A DNA stretch of 58,697 nucleotides from Deltaproteobacteria bacterium (GTDB lineage: Bacteria; Myxococcota_A; UBA9042; CAIXZC01): positions 1 to 58,697 of the forward strand of contig VGRX01000004.1 of NCBI GenBank assembly GCA_016875215.1, in the 5' to 3' direction. Shown here one piece after another: positions 15,076-24,500 of the stretch (the first letter of the stretch is position 1; the number at the start of each line of letters is the position of its first letter). A model generated the notes under the pieces. The model searched no databases. It was not told the origin of the DNA and saw only the letters and a list, made by a program, of their open reading frames with translations. The position numbers and the translations under genes are program-made.

Positions 15076-16012
15076 GAAGAAGACCGGAAGCGTCATCGCG
15101 GATAGCGTCCTCGACCTCGTCGGCTCGACCCCGCTCGTAAGGCTGAACCGCGTCGTCGGACCCGATTCCGCGGAGGTGCTCGTCAAGGTCGAATCGTTCA
15201 ACCCGGGCGGCAGCATCAAGGACCGGGTCGCGCTCAACATGATCCGCATGGCAGTAGAGGCCGGCCTCGTCGACCGCGACACCACGATTCTCGAACCGAC
15301 GACCGGCAACACCGGAATCGGCCTGGCCATGGTGTGCGCCGCCCTGGGCTATCGCTGCACCGTCGTCATGCCCGACAGCATGTCGCTCGAGCGGGTCATG
15401 CTGCTGCGACGCTTCGGTGCCGAGGTCATCCTGACTCCCGGGAAGGAGGACATGGAAGGCGCGGTGCGCAAGGCCAGGGCTCTCGCTGCCCAACGGGGGA
15501 ACTGCTTCATTCCCTCCCAGTTCGAGAACCGGGCCAACCCCGATGCTCACCGGGATACCACCGCCCGGGAGATCCTCGCCGCGGTCGGCGAACGGCTGGA
15601 CGTCCTCGTGGTCGGGGTGGGAACCGGAGGGACCCTGACCGGCCTGGGGCAGGCTCTGCGACGGCACCTGCCCGACCTCAGGATCGTGGCCGTCGAGCCC
15701 GAATACTCCCCGGTCCTGAGCCGTGGGACCAGCGGACGACACAAGATCCAGGGGCTGGGGGCCGGATTCGTCCCGCAGACGCTCGACCGGTCCCTCATCT
15801 CCAGCATCGTGACGGTCAGCGACGAGGATGCCTTCGACATGATGGCCCGGCTCTGCCGGGAGGAGGGAATCCTCGCCGGCATCTCCTCCGGAGCGGCCGT
15901 CTTCGCAGCAACGGGCCTTGCCCGGACCCTCGGCCACGGCCGCCGCATCGTCGCCATCCTGCCCGATACCGGCGAGCGGTACCTGGGAGTGCAACACTAC
16001 TTCCAGACTTGA
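15065..16012 (+). CDS. cysK: Cysteine synthase A (O-acetylserine sulfhydrylase)
   Basis: GSTPLVRLNR, KVESFNPGGSIKDRVA, EPTTGNTGIGLA, GVGTGGTLTG, KIQGLGAGFVP and GISSGAA are textbook CysK motifs. Confidence 0.9.
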   Translation: MVPEKKTGSVIADSVLDLVGSTPLVRLNRVVGPDSAEVLVKVESFNPGGSIKDRVALNMIRMAVEAGLVDRDTTILEPTTGNTGIGLAMVCAALGYRCTVVMPDSMSLERVMLLRRFGAEVILTPGKEDMEGAVRKARALAAQRGNCFIPSQFENRANPDAHRDTTAREILAAVGERLDVLVVGVGTGGTLTGLGQALRRHLPDLRIVAVEPEYSPVLSRGTSGRHKIQGLGAGFVPQTLDRSLISSIVTVSDEDAFDMMARLCREEGILAGISSGAAVFAATGLARTLGHGRRIVAILPDTGERYLGVQHYFQT

Positions 16013-16042
16013 GAACAGGACCCATCCCACTGCGACCGGCAG

Positions 16043-16066
16043 GGGAGCGGAGATGACTTCGCTCCC
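16043..16066 (+). terminator. Possible stem-loop after cysK
   Basis: GGGAGCG (16043..16049), a 10-nt loop, then CGCTCCC (16060..16066), 30 nt after the cysK stop. No U-tract follows, so this is weak. Confidence 0.25.
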
Positions 16067-16081
16067 GGGGGAGGCGGGGTC

Positions 16082-16110
16082 TTGCATCCCGTCGCGAGCA
16101 AGTCTACATT
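16082..16110 (+). promoter_or_regulatory. Candidate sigma70-like promoter for the ceramidase-like gene
   Basis: TTGCAT, a 17-nt spacer, then TACATT. The leader to ATG 16129 would be very short. Confidence 0.3.
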
Positions 16111-16128
16111 CCGGTCGGAGGTGGTCCG

Positions 16129-17757
16129 ATGCGGAACGTGGGGGTGATGGCGTGCCTGTTCCCGGCCCTTCTGGCCGGAGCATCCTGCAGCAATGGTGGC
16201 GATTCGGCGGCAGATCTGTTGTCCGATGTTCGCAATGGCGATTCCGACCGCGGGGATCTGACCCGCCACGACCTGGTTTCGGATGCGCGAACTGAGGCCG
16301 GGCCGGGTGACGCGGGCGCGGACGCTGCGGGGGACGCTGGCGCCGAGGCCGGGGCTTCGGACGGCCGCTCCTCTCTCGACTGGACCGAACCACTGCCCGG
16401 CGAGGCGATACTGGCCGGTGCGGCGAAGATCGACATCACTCCGACGTTCGAGCCCTACACCGACCTGGACGGCAACGGCCACTGGGACGAGGGAGAACCG
16501 TTCGAAGACCTCGACGCAGACGGCCAGTTGGACACGCTCGAGCTCGGCGGCTTCGGCTGGCGCCACCCCACCAAGGTCCACGACCCGCTCTGGAGCCGGT
16601 CCGCTGCATTTCGGGTCCACGGGGAGTGGCTGGTGCTGTGCGCCGTGGATTCCCTGGGGCTGGGCATCGCCCGCGTGGAAGGGATCAAGGACAAGGTCCT
16701 GGCCCGGCTGGGCAATCCGGCCTCGTTGCCTCGTGAGCGCCTTGTGATTGCCTCCACGCACAGCCATGCAGTCCCGGATTCCATCGGGATCTTCGGAGAA
16801 GCGGGTGTCGACAAGACCTACCTTTCCTGGCTCGAGGTCCAAGCCGCAGAATCCATCGTCCAGGCCATTCTGGCGGTCGAGCCGGCCGAGCTCACAGTCA
16901 CGTCGGTCGACGTCCCCGACCTGGTCCGCGACATCGACGAGCCCGACATCATCGACCCGTACGTCGGGATCATCCAGGCCAGGAAACCGGGCGAGGGGAA
17001 GGCCATTGCGACGCTCGTCTCCATCGCCAACCACCCGGAAACCACGTGGAAGGACAACACCGAGATCTCTGCGGACTTCCCGTTCTACCTCCTGGCCGAC
17101 ATCGAGACCGCCGAGGGGGGAACTGCCGTCTACTTCAGCGCAGACCTCGGGCTCATGCAGTCTCCGGTCAAGCTCGGCAGCGAAGGCTTCGAACGGGCCG
17201 AGCTTATCGGCAAGGGGTACGCCGAGGCCGTCCTTTCCGCCCTCGGGCCCGCGGCACCGGTTCCCTCCGAACAGCTCGTCCCGTCCTTCGGATTCGCAAA
17301 GATCCCCGCTGCCCTGGAGAACCCCGAGCTCTACATCGGCCTTGCCGACGGCGTGGTCGATGGCTACCAGGGCTACATCTACCTCACCGGCGAGCCTCCG
17401 TGCGACTTCTTCGGCTGCCTCGACCTCCCCGTCGCGGTCTGGCGCCTCGGCGACATCCTCACCCTGGTCACGCTTCCCGGCGAGTTCACGCCCGAGCTCA
17501 TCATCGGCGGCATCACCACCCCGCCCGACTACCAGGGCATGTACCCCGATGCCCCACCAGAGCCGGTGATGATCGACCACCTCGTCACTCCGGACCGCTT
17601 CGTGATCGGCCTTGCCGGCATGGAATGCGGCTACGTCTACCCCAAGATGACCCACGACCCGAAGGCGCACTTCAGCCAGAGCCACGCTCCCGGCCCCAAC
17701 ATGGCCATGGCCCTGATGACGGGCATCGCCGCGCTCCTGGATCAGGTCAACGAATAG
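16129..17757 (+). CDS. Neutral/alkaline ceramidase-like lipoprotein
   Basis: Lipobox LLAGASC. AAKIDITP, DPLWSRSAAFR, LVIASTHSHAVPDSIG and LPGEFTPEL resemble the neutral ceramidase N-terminal domain family. GGAGGTGG lies upstream. Confidence 0.7.
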   Translation: MRNVGVMACLFPALLAGASCSNGGDSAADLLSDVRNGDSDRGDLTRHDLVSDARTEAGPGDAGADAAGDAGAEAGASDGRSSLDWTEPLPGEAILAGAAKIDITPTFEPYTDLDGNGHWDEGEPFEDLDADGQLDTLELGGFGWRHPTKVHDPLWSRSAAFRVHGEWLVLCAVDSLGLGIARVEGIKDKVLARLGNPASLPRERLVIASTHSHAVPDSIGIFGEAGVDKTYLSWLEVQAAESIVQAILAVEPAELTVTSVDVPDLVRDIDEPDIIDPYVGIIQARKPGEGKAIATLVSIANHPETTWKDNTEISADFPFYLLADIETAEGGTAVYFSADLGLMQSPVKLGSEGFERAELIGKGYAEAVLSALGPAAPVPSEQLVPSFGFAKIPAALENPELYIGLADGVVDGYQGYIYLTGEPPCDFFGCLDLPVAVWRLGDILTLVTLPGEFTPELIIGGITTPPDYQGMYPDAPPEPVMIDHLVTPDRFVIGLAGMECGYVYPKMTHDPKAHFSQSHAPGPNMAMALMTGIAALLDQVNE

Positions 17758-17770
17758 GACCGGACCACAC

Positions 17771-17796
17771 AGCCCCGACCACACGGGAGGGGCCGT
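17771..17796. repeat. Solo copy (reverse orientation) of the core of the 45-bp repeat found as an array at 33215..33445
   Basis: agccccgaccacacgggaggggccgt equals the reverse complement of acggcccctcccgcgtggtcggggct in the array units, with one mismatch in 26 nt by my alignment. It lies in a convergent intergenic region. Confidence 0.8.
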
Positions 17797-17813
17797 TGGG
17801 GCGCTGGCACATG

Positions 17814-18860
17814 CTACAGCACCCGTCGCAGGATCGCCTCGGCCTCTTCCGGGGACAGCGACTCCATGAAATGGAACACCCCGGGCAGAAGCTGCTTCTC
17901 CTCACGTACGTACGCGGGCATGGCGCACAGAGCATCGGCGAGCTGCTCCCGGGTGACCCCCACCGCTTCCGGGCGCCAGTCCAGCCCCAGTCGGTCGAGA
18001 TACGTCCGGATCGGCTCGACGTCCTGCCCCTGTGCGGCCCCGGCCACCACGATGCACAGCGCCACGAGCTGTCCATGCAGGTAGTGCCCCCCGGTACGGG
18101 CCTCGATGCAGTAGGCGAGGTAGTGCTCGCTCCCCTCCTCCGGACGGGACGTCCCCACCATCTCGCACAGACGTACCTCCTCCACGTTTTGCTCGGCCAG
18201 CAGCCGCAACCCCTCGGGAGTCACGTCGCCAAGCGCCCTGCCGTTCCCGAGCAGGCGATCGAGGAGGCGGGCCGACTTCGCGGCCACGTCCGGGAAGTAC
18301 GCCTCCCCCAGCCGCGCCCCCGCCTCCTTCCAGTCCCACAGCGCAGTGAAGATCGACAGGATGTCCCCGGCGCCGGCCCGGTTCAGCAGCTCCGGAGCGG
18401 CCTGGATCAACGGGTAGTCGATCAGCAGGTGGTCGGGGTAGACCTCCCCCACGTAGCGCACCCTGGAGCCCTCCCGCACCCCCACCGCCTTGGTGAACGC
18501 AGCATCCACCGACAGCAGCGACGGCACGAGCACCAACGGAAGCCCTCGCGTCCATGCCGTGTACTTCGCATGGTCCAGGGCCGACCCGCCCCCGATCCCG
18601 AACACGGCCGAGGCCGGCCCGAACGAGGACGACACTTCCCGCACCCGGCCATGCTCCATGGTCGTCACCATGTGCACCCGTGCCTGCTCCGACATCCCGG
18701 TCCGGCCCCCGTCCCCCTCGAACAGCTTCCTCACCAGCACCCATGGCTCGGGCTGTGTGTGAACGATGGGCCGCTCGAACAGCTCCGCCGGCAGCGCGGA
18801 CAGCAGGTTGCTGCCGAACGTGGGCTCGGCAACTCGTGGGTTCGGATTGGGCAGCCCCAT
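17814..18860 (-). CDS. sn-glycerol-1-phosphate dehydrogenase-like (AraM/EgsA family; Fe-ADH/dehydroquinate-synthase-like superfamily)
   Basis: FGIGGGSALDHAKYTA, LVLVPSLLSVDAAFT and GAGDILSIFTALWDWKEA resemble the G1PDH/AraM GGGxxxDxxK ... PTxxSxD ... GxGDxxxxxTAxxDW pattern. Confidence 0.6.
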   Translation of the reverse strand: MGLPNPNPRVAEPTFGSNLLSALPAELFERPIVHTQPEPWVLVRKLFEGDGGRTGMSEQARVHMVTTMEHGRVREVSSSFGPASAVFGIGGGSALDHAKYTAWTRGLPLVLVPSLLSVDAAFTKAVGVREGSRVRYVGEVYPDHLLIDYPLIQAAPELLNRAGAGDILSIFTALWDWKEAGARLGEAYFPDVAAKSARLLDRLLGNGRALGDVTPEGLRLLAEQNVEEVRLCEMVGTSRPEEGSEHYLAYCIEARTGGHYLHGQLVALCIVVAGAAQGQDVEPIRTYLDRLGLDWRPEAVGVTREQLADALCAMPAYVREEKQLLPGVFHFMESLSPEEAEAILRRVL

Positions 18861-18899
18861 CTCTCCTCCTGTTTCGTCGCGGCGCCCTTCGGACTGCTC

Positions 18900-20969
18900 C
18901 TAGGGATTGTTCGAATGCGGCACGGTCCCGGCGTTGAACGGGTCGCTCAGCCACTTGAAGTTGTCCAGGATCACCTCGGAATCGAAGATGCCGTCGGACG
19001 TGTCGTGGATGTGGAAGGTCAGGGTGAACAGCTCGTCCCCTTCGATGGGCCACGACGTGCTCAGCCAGCCGGTCGAGGAGCCGTGATTCGCGTCCGGGGG
19101 ACCGCACTCGAAGCCGGTCCCCGAGATGTTCGTCTTCGGGTTCGAGCACGGCTCGCTCAGCGCGGTGTTGATCGCGATGTAGCACTTCTTCTCCCCCGAC
19201 TGCGGGTCGATGAAGTCGTAGTACGCGTTCGGGTTGCTGCACGCCGTGCTGTTGACTACCACCGACTTCCCCTGGGTGGTCTTCGGCGCATTCAGGATGA
19301 TATAGAACTTATCATTGAATGAGCTGCCTATATATTCCTCGTATTCCTCGGAAAAATAGACGTAGTCGATCGAGAATCCAATAGCTCCGGTGGGCGCCTT
19401 GATCTGGAGCTTCAGCTCCACGTTGTCATAGGTCTGGTATCCGTCCTTGGCATACGGGTCCGGCGCCCCGCCTCCGCCGGGCAGGTCGGTCGTGTGAGAG
19501 GTCCCGGTCGCCGGACCGGAGGCCAGGAGCGCATAGCTGTTCCCGGCCCACGGTTTGAGGTCGTTGTTCACGTTCCCGAAGTGGCTGACCGCCTCCCACG
19601 AGCTGTCGACCATGTCGCCTGTAGGTGACCAGATCTGGGAGCTGAGCACCAGGTCGCCGAAGCACACTTCCATCGAGCAGAGGTAGGCGGCCATGGTATG
19701 GCCGGTGCAAGGGCCCTGGCACTCGAACTTGATCTCCCCGCCCGACTCGTCCGCCACGCCGTTGCAGTTGTTGTCGATGCCGTCCTTGGGCTTCTCCTTC
19801 GCCCCCGGGTTGACGAGCGGGTCATTGTCCTTGCAGTCTCCCCCGCCCATGGGGCACGAGGCCGGCGTCCCCATGACTGCGAAGAACGGCCCGCACCAGC
19901 CGTCGCCGTCGCTGTCGCAGCCGATGTCGGTCTTGCCGTCGCAGTTGTTGTCCACGTCGTCACAGACCTCGGACATCATGGGGTGGATGTCTGCTTCGTT
20001 GTCGTCGCAATCGCCGCTCTTGTCCGTGACGCCGAGCCCTCCCGGCTTGCAGTCGCAGCTCACGGCGAAGCCGCCGCCGAACCCGTCGTCGTCGCTGTCC
20101 CAGAAGACGGGCTTGCAGCCGATGGCTCCCGGGTCGTCGACAAAGCCGTTGCAGTCGTTGTCCTTGCCGTCGCAGCTCTCCATCACGTCGGGGGAGAGTT
20201 GGGCGTTCTTGTCGTCGCAGTCGCCGGCGACCGACGAGTACCCGGCCGCCTCGGGGTTGCACACGCACACCTGGGCCTTGCCGTCCCCATAGCCGTCACC
20301 GTCCGCGTCGAGGAACGCGGGCAGACACCCGAGGCCGTCCTCGCCCTCGTCGATCTCGTAGTTGCAGTTGTTGTCCAGTCCATCGCACTTTTCCGGGGCG
20401 AACGCCCCGACCTTGGGATCCTGCGGAGCGCAGTCGCTGTCGTCCGGGTCCGCGTCGTTGTCATCATCGGCGTCGCACGCGTTCCCCTGGCCGTCGGCAT
20501 CCAGGTCGAGCTGGGACGGGTTTGCCAGGCCGGGGCAGTTGTCCTCGTCGTCGTGCACGCCGTCCCCGTCGCCATCGCCGGGCCCGACCGGCCCCGTGGT
20601 CTCGGCTGCGGGCTCAACCTCGCTCTCGGGGATCTCCGGGCCGGCCCCGGTCGCGTCCGGGTCCGCCGAGTCGGGGGAACCGTCTTCGGCTTCCCCGCCT
20701 GCATCGGCTGCGCCGGGCGCCGCATCTTCCCGCGGCGAGTCCTCGTTCAGGCATGTCCCGGCAACGCAGAAGTACGGGGGCTCGCACTTCCCGCAAGAGC
20801 CGCCGCACCCGTCGTCGCCGCAGTCGCGGCCTGCACACGAAGGGATGCAGACGCCGGGCGCGGCAGCATCCGTTTCGTCCTGGGCAGGCTTGTCGCACGC
20901 GAGGAGCGCCAGGCCGAAGACAAACGCCACCGCAACGCCGACAAGCAAGCACCGTGAGACAGCGTTCAT
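18900..20969 (-). CDS. Multi-module secreted lipoprotein: CGxDGCGGxCGxC module, TSP type-3 repeat, several MopE-like CDGxDNDC motifs, C-terminal choice-of-anchor-L-like domain
   Basis: Start at ATG 20969 (AGGAGG 6 nt upstream) gives MNAVSRCLLVGVAVAFVFGLALLACD. Motifs: RDCGDDGCGGSCGKC; DNCPGLANPSQLDLDADGQGNACD; CDGLDNNCNYEIDE, CDGKDNDCNGFVDD, CDDVDNNCDGKTD. YFSEEYEEYIGSSFNDKFYIILN resembles the choice-of-anchor L signature. Confidence 0.7.
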   Translation of the reverse strand: MNAVSRCLLVGVAVAFVFGLALLACDKPAQDETDAAAPGVCIPSCAGRDCGDDGCGGSCGKCEPPYFCVAGTCLNEDSPREDAAPGAADAGGEAEDGSPDSADPDATGAGPEIPESEVEPAAETTGPVGPGDGDGDGVHDDEDNCPGLANPSQLDLDADGQGNACDADDDNDADPDDSDCAPQDPKVGAFAPEKCDGLDNNCNYEIDEGEDGLGCLPAFLDADGDGYGDGKAQVCVCNPEAAGYSSVAGDCDDKNAQLSPDVMESCDGKDNDCNGFVDDPGAIGCKPVFWDSDDDGFGGGFAVSCDCKPGGLGVTDKSGDCDDNEADIHPMMSEVCDDVDNNCDGKTDIGCDSDGDGWCGPFFAVMGTPASCPMGGGDCKDNDPLVNPGAKEKPKDGIDNNCNGVADESGGEIKFECQGPCTGHTMAAYLCSMEVCFGDLVLSSQIWSPTGDMVDSSWEAVSHFGNVNNDLKPWAGNSYALLASGPATGTSHTTDLPGGGGAPDPYAKDGYQTYDNVELKLQIKAPTGAIGFSIDYVYFSEEYEEYIGSSFNDKFYIILNAPKTTQGKSVVVNSTACSNPNAYYDFIDPQSGEKKCYIAINTALSEPCSNPKTNISGTGFECGPPDANHGSSTGWLSTSWPIEGDELFTLTFHIHDTSDGIFDSEVILDNFKWLSDPFNAGTVPHSNNP

Positions 20970-21177
20970 GGCACTCCTCCTACGCCCCGCCCCTTCCACT
21001 TGGCCACAGGTCAGGGATGGGCGCAAGGAAAAAGGACGGGACCTGGGTAACCGTTCAGTCTCGGTTTGACCGAAAACGCCCATGGCCCCTCTGGTCCGAG
21101 CCCCGACGGTGAGGGGCCGCAACAGGCCTGCTCGTCAACCCAGCAGTGATCGGTTGCCCAGCGGCGCCACAAATCAG

Positions 21178-21206
21178 TTGAAACGCTCGCGCCCCTGCGT
21201 TAGGAT
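21178..21206 (+). promoter_or_regulatory. Candidate sigma70-like promoter upstream of the KH-domain gene
   Basis: TTGAAA, a 17-nt spacer, then TAGGAT, about 65 nt upstream of ATG 21270. Confidence 0.3.
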
Positions 21207-21269
21207 TGGGGTGCGAACGCAGAATTCGCTTTCACAACGTTGCCCCAGGATTTCTGCCCGGAGGTGGTC

Positions 21270-21527
21270 ATGCTGAGCAGTGCAGGTACCGAAATCAGAG
21301 AGTTCGTCAGCCGGCTCGTGGGGACCATCGTCGAGACTCCCGCCGGTATCGGCATCAATATCATCGAGAGCGGGAACATGGTCGTCGTCGAGCTCTCCGC
21401 TGCCAAGACCGACATCGGGAAGATCATCGGCCGCGAGGGCCGCATGGCCCAGTCGCTCCGCGTGCTTCTCACCGCACTTGCCACTAAACTTGGCAAGAAG
21501 GCGGTCCTGCAGATCATTGAAAAGTAG
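21270..21527 (+). CDS. KH-domain RNA-binding protein (UPF0109/YlqC-like)
   Basis: 85 aa from ATG 21270 (GGAGGTG upstream). KTDIGKIIGREGRMAQSLRVLL contains the KH GxxG loop, and size and pattern match the YlqC family. Confidence 0.75.
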   Translation: MLSSAGTEIREFVSRLVGTIVETPAGIGINIIESGNMVVVELSAAKTDIGKIIGREGRMAQSLRVLLTALATKLGKKAVLQIIEK

Positions 21528-21584
21528 TTGGCGGCCGGGCCCCGCCCCGGGGCGTGTCCGTTCCGGCAAAGGAGGAATCCACAC

Positions 21585-24500
21585 ATGACACGACATGCTC
21601 TTTCCGTCCTGGCCTTGCTCTTCCTGGGTGCGGCCTGCCAGAACGTCTCCGTGGAGGAGGCGGTCCAGGTGACGGTCGCGCAGTTCGACCCTGCCCCGGT
21701 CTCGCCCGATGCAGACCACCCGGTCCTGCCTGCGATCCCCAAGCCGAGCGACCTGCTGATGGCCCCGGACCCGGACAAAAACGCCCTGATGCGGATCGCG
21801 TTCCCGCTCCAGGTGGCCCTCACCGTGCTCGGCCAGGACGAACCGCTGGTGGTGGACGCCTTCACGACCGACGCTGCCGAGCAGCTCGTGGAGACCTACC
21901 TCAACACTCTCCATGGCTTCCCGACCGACGGCGGGACGGCCACCTCGTTCTCGGGCCGCCGCATCGAGACCGACCCGGCAAAGGACAGCCCGATCACGTC
22001 CGAGACCGTCTACGTGCTCGACATCACCGGCCTGCTCCGCCCGGACACGGGAATCCCGGTCGCCCGCGTCGCGGGCTTCCAGCTCCTCGCTGGCCCGACC
22101 GACGACGAGAATGGCATCACACCGCTCAGCATCCTTCCCCCCGCGGGGCAGGAGTGGCAGCAGGGGCGCACCTATGCCGCGGTCGTGACGTCCGGCATCA
22201 CCGACGAGATGGGCGACCCGATCCGGTCCGCCTATGCGTTCAATTTCATCAAGAGCATCACCCCGCTCGAGAAGGACGGACGCTCGGTCTGTGCGCTGCC
22301 CGATGCGACCGCGGTCCAGCTCGAGACGCTGCGCCTGGCGTTCGCCCCCATCTTCGACTGGCTCGCCGGCGACGCAGCGGGTGACGAGAAGATCGGCCGA
22401 GGGGACATCGCGCTCCTCTGGACGTTCTCGATCCGCCCCGAGTCGATCGTGCTCAACGACCCGACCCGGAACCTCTTTCCGACCCCGAACGACATCGTCA
22501 AGACCTCCGCTGCCGGCTCGCAACACGACTGCGACGGCAACGGCAAGCCGGACTGCATCGAAGGAAACCTCTGCTTCCCGGTCGACTGCGAGAACGACAC
22601 GCCGGTGCAGAAGGCCTTCTTCCAGTACATGAACGCCCTGGACGGCTGGCCCGCCTCCATGGCGCTTTCGGCCTCGTTCTCCCTGCCTGTCGACCCGGCC
22701 ACGGTCACCTCCGACACGGTGAAGCTGCAGAAGATCGGCGCCGCGACTCCGGAGACGGTCTTTCTGTCGCTCGACTCGAGCGCCACCACCCTCACGATCG
22801 TTCCGGAAGGCGGCTACGAGGCCGGCGCCTCGTACGCAGCGGCCATCACCACCGGAGTGATGACCGCAGGCGGGACCTTCCCGGTCACCCCCTCCACCAT
22901 CACAGCGGTCTCCCGGCTCACCGTGCCGGTCGCCGTCGACGGCAAGAGCCAGTTGACCGACCTGGGGGTGGCCGACGCCGATGCCGTGCTGCTCGAAGCG
23001 ATCCGCCAGGGCATCCAGGCGCTGATCGCTGCGGCCGGCCTGGCCGACATCGCCCCGTCGCTGGCCGGAATCTGGGGATTCACGATCCAGTCGCACAACG
23101 AGGCGATCTTCGATCCCACCACCGGGACCGTGCCCTTCCCGAACGACGTGCTCATGTCGCTCGATGAAGGGGGCAAGCCGGTCAAGGTGGCCATTCCGGT
23201 GAACCCGGCCTGGCCGGATTCCCAGAAGGACATCGTGGCCGAGCTGAACAGGCTCGACGGCTTCTCGCCCCTGGCCGCGACCCGGACGCAGTTCCTCCGC
23301 CCGCTCGACGAATCGTCGTTCAAGTGGCTCGGCGCCATGACCGACATCATGGGGGGCAAGGGGCTCGGCGACATTTCGCTCGGCATGGCCGACGTGACCG
23401 AGGTGGACCCCGCCCAGGGTGTCTCCGGGATGATGTCGCTCATGAAGCCGGAGAACATCTACACCGACGGCGAGGTCAGGGCCACGTTCGAGAACGGGAG
23501 CCTGACCGTCCGTCCCACCGGCGGATACCCCCTCCAGGCCGGGCGGCGCTACATGCTGCTTGCGTTCAACAACGCGAAGTCCAAGGACAAGGGGCAGGAC
23601 GGGCTCCCCCTTCCCATCGAGGTCGCTCCCGTCTTCTTCATGGCCCGCAGCCCCGATCCGCTCGTCGACGACGCCGGCAAGAGCAACCTCCTGACCCTGT
23701 CGGACGCCGACGCCCAGCAGCTCGAAATGCTGCGGGTCAACTACAACTCGATCTTCGCTGCCCTCGAGTCGGACATGGTCGGCGTCAGCCGGGACCAGGT
23801 CCTCATGTTCTGGACCTACACCACCCAGACCATCGGGACATGGCTGGTCAACGTGGTCAAGGCCGAGCTCGACAAGCACACGATCGGCGACGACCCCCAG
23901 GGGTCCGTGGCCGAGGCCGAGACCGCGGCCCCGGACCTCAAGCACGCGGACAAGGTCGTCCTGGAGGGGGGCCACTTCGTTGCGTTCTCCGCCCTCGCCG
24001 CGCCCGACCCGGCAGCGGGCAACTTCGGCCGCATGAAGATCTCCGAGTCCGGCGTGCCCGACTTCACCCAGTACAGCCTCCCCTTCATCCTGGCTCTCCC
24101 CAAGGAGGACTACTACCAGGAACCCAAGACCCAGCTCCCGCTCGTCGTCCTCCAGCACGGGCTCGACGGTACCAAGGAGGGCACTCTTTCCCAGTTCGAG
24201 CCGTTCCTGGCAGCCGGATACGCTGTCCTGGCCATCGACCTGCCCTACCACGGCCAGCGCAAACTGCCCGGCATGGAGAACGGGGTCCCCTTCTTCTCCG
24301 CGGACGCCGTGGCCACCCGTGACCACATCGTGCAATCCGCGCTCGACATCTACCAGGCGATCCGTTTCGCCGGCGGAACGAGCAAGAACGGCCTCAACGA
24401 CTGGCTCTGCGCCAAGAACGTGGTCTGTATCACCACCCGCGACGGGAAGCAGGTGGGCCCGATCGACGTGAACCGCATCTACTTTGTCGGCGAGTCGCTG

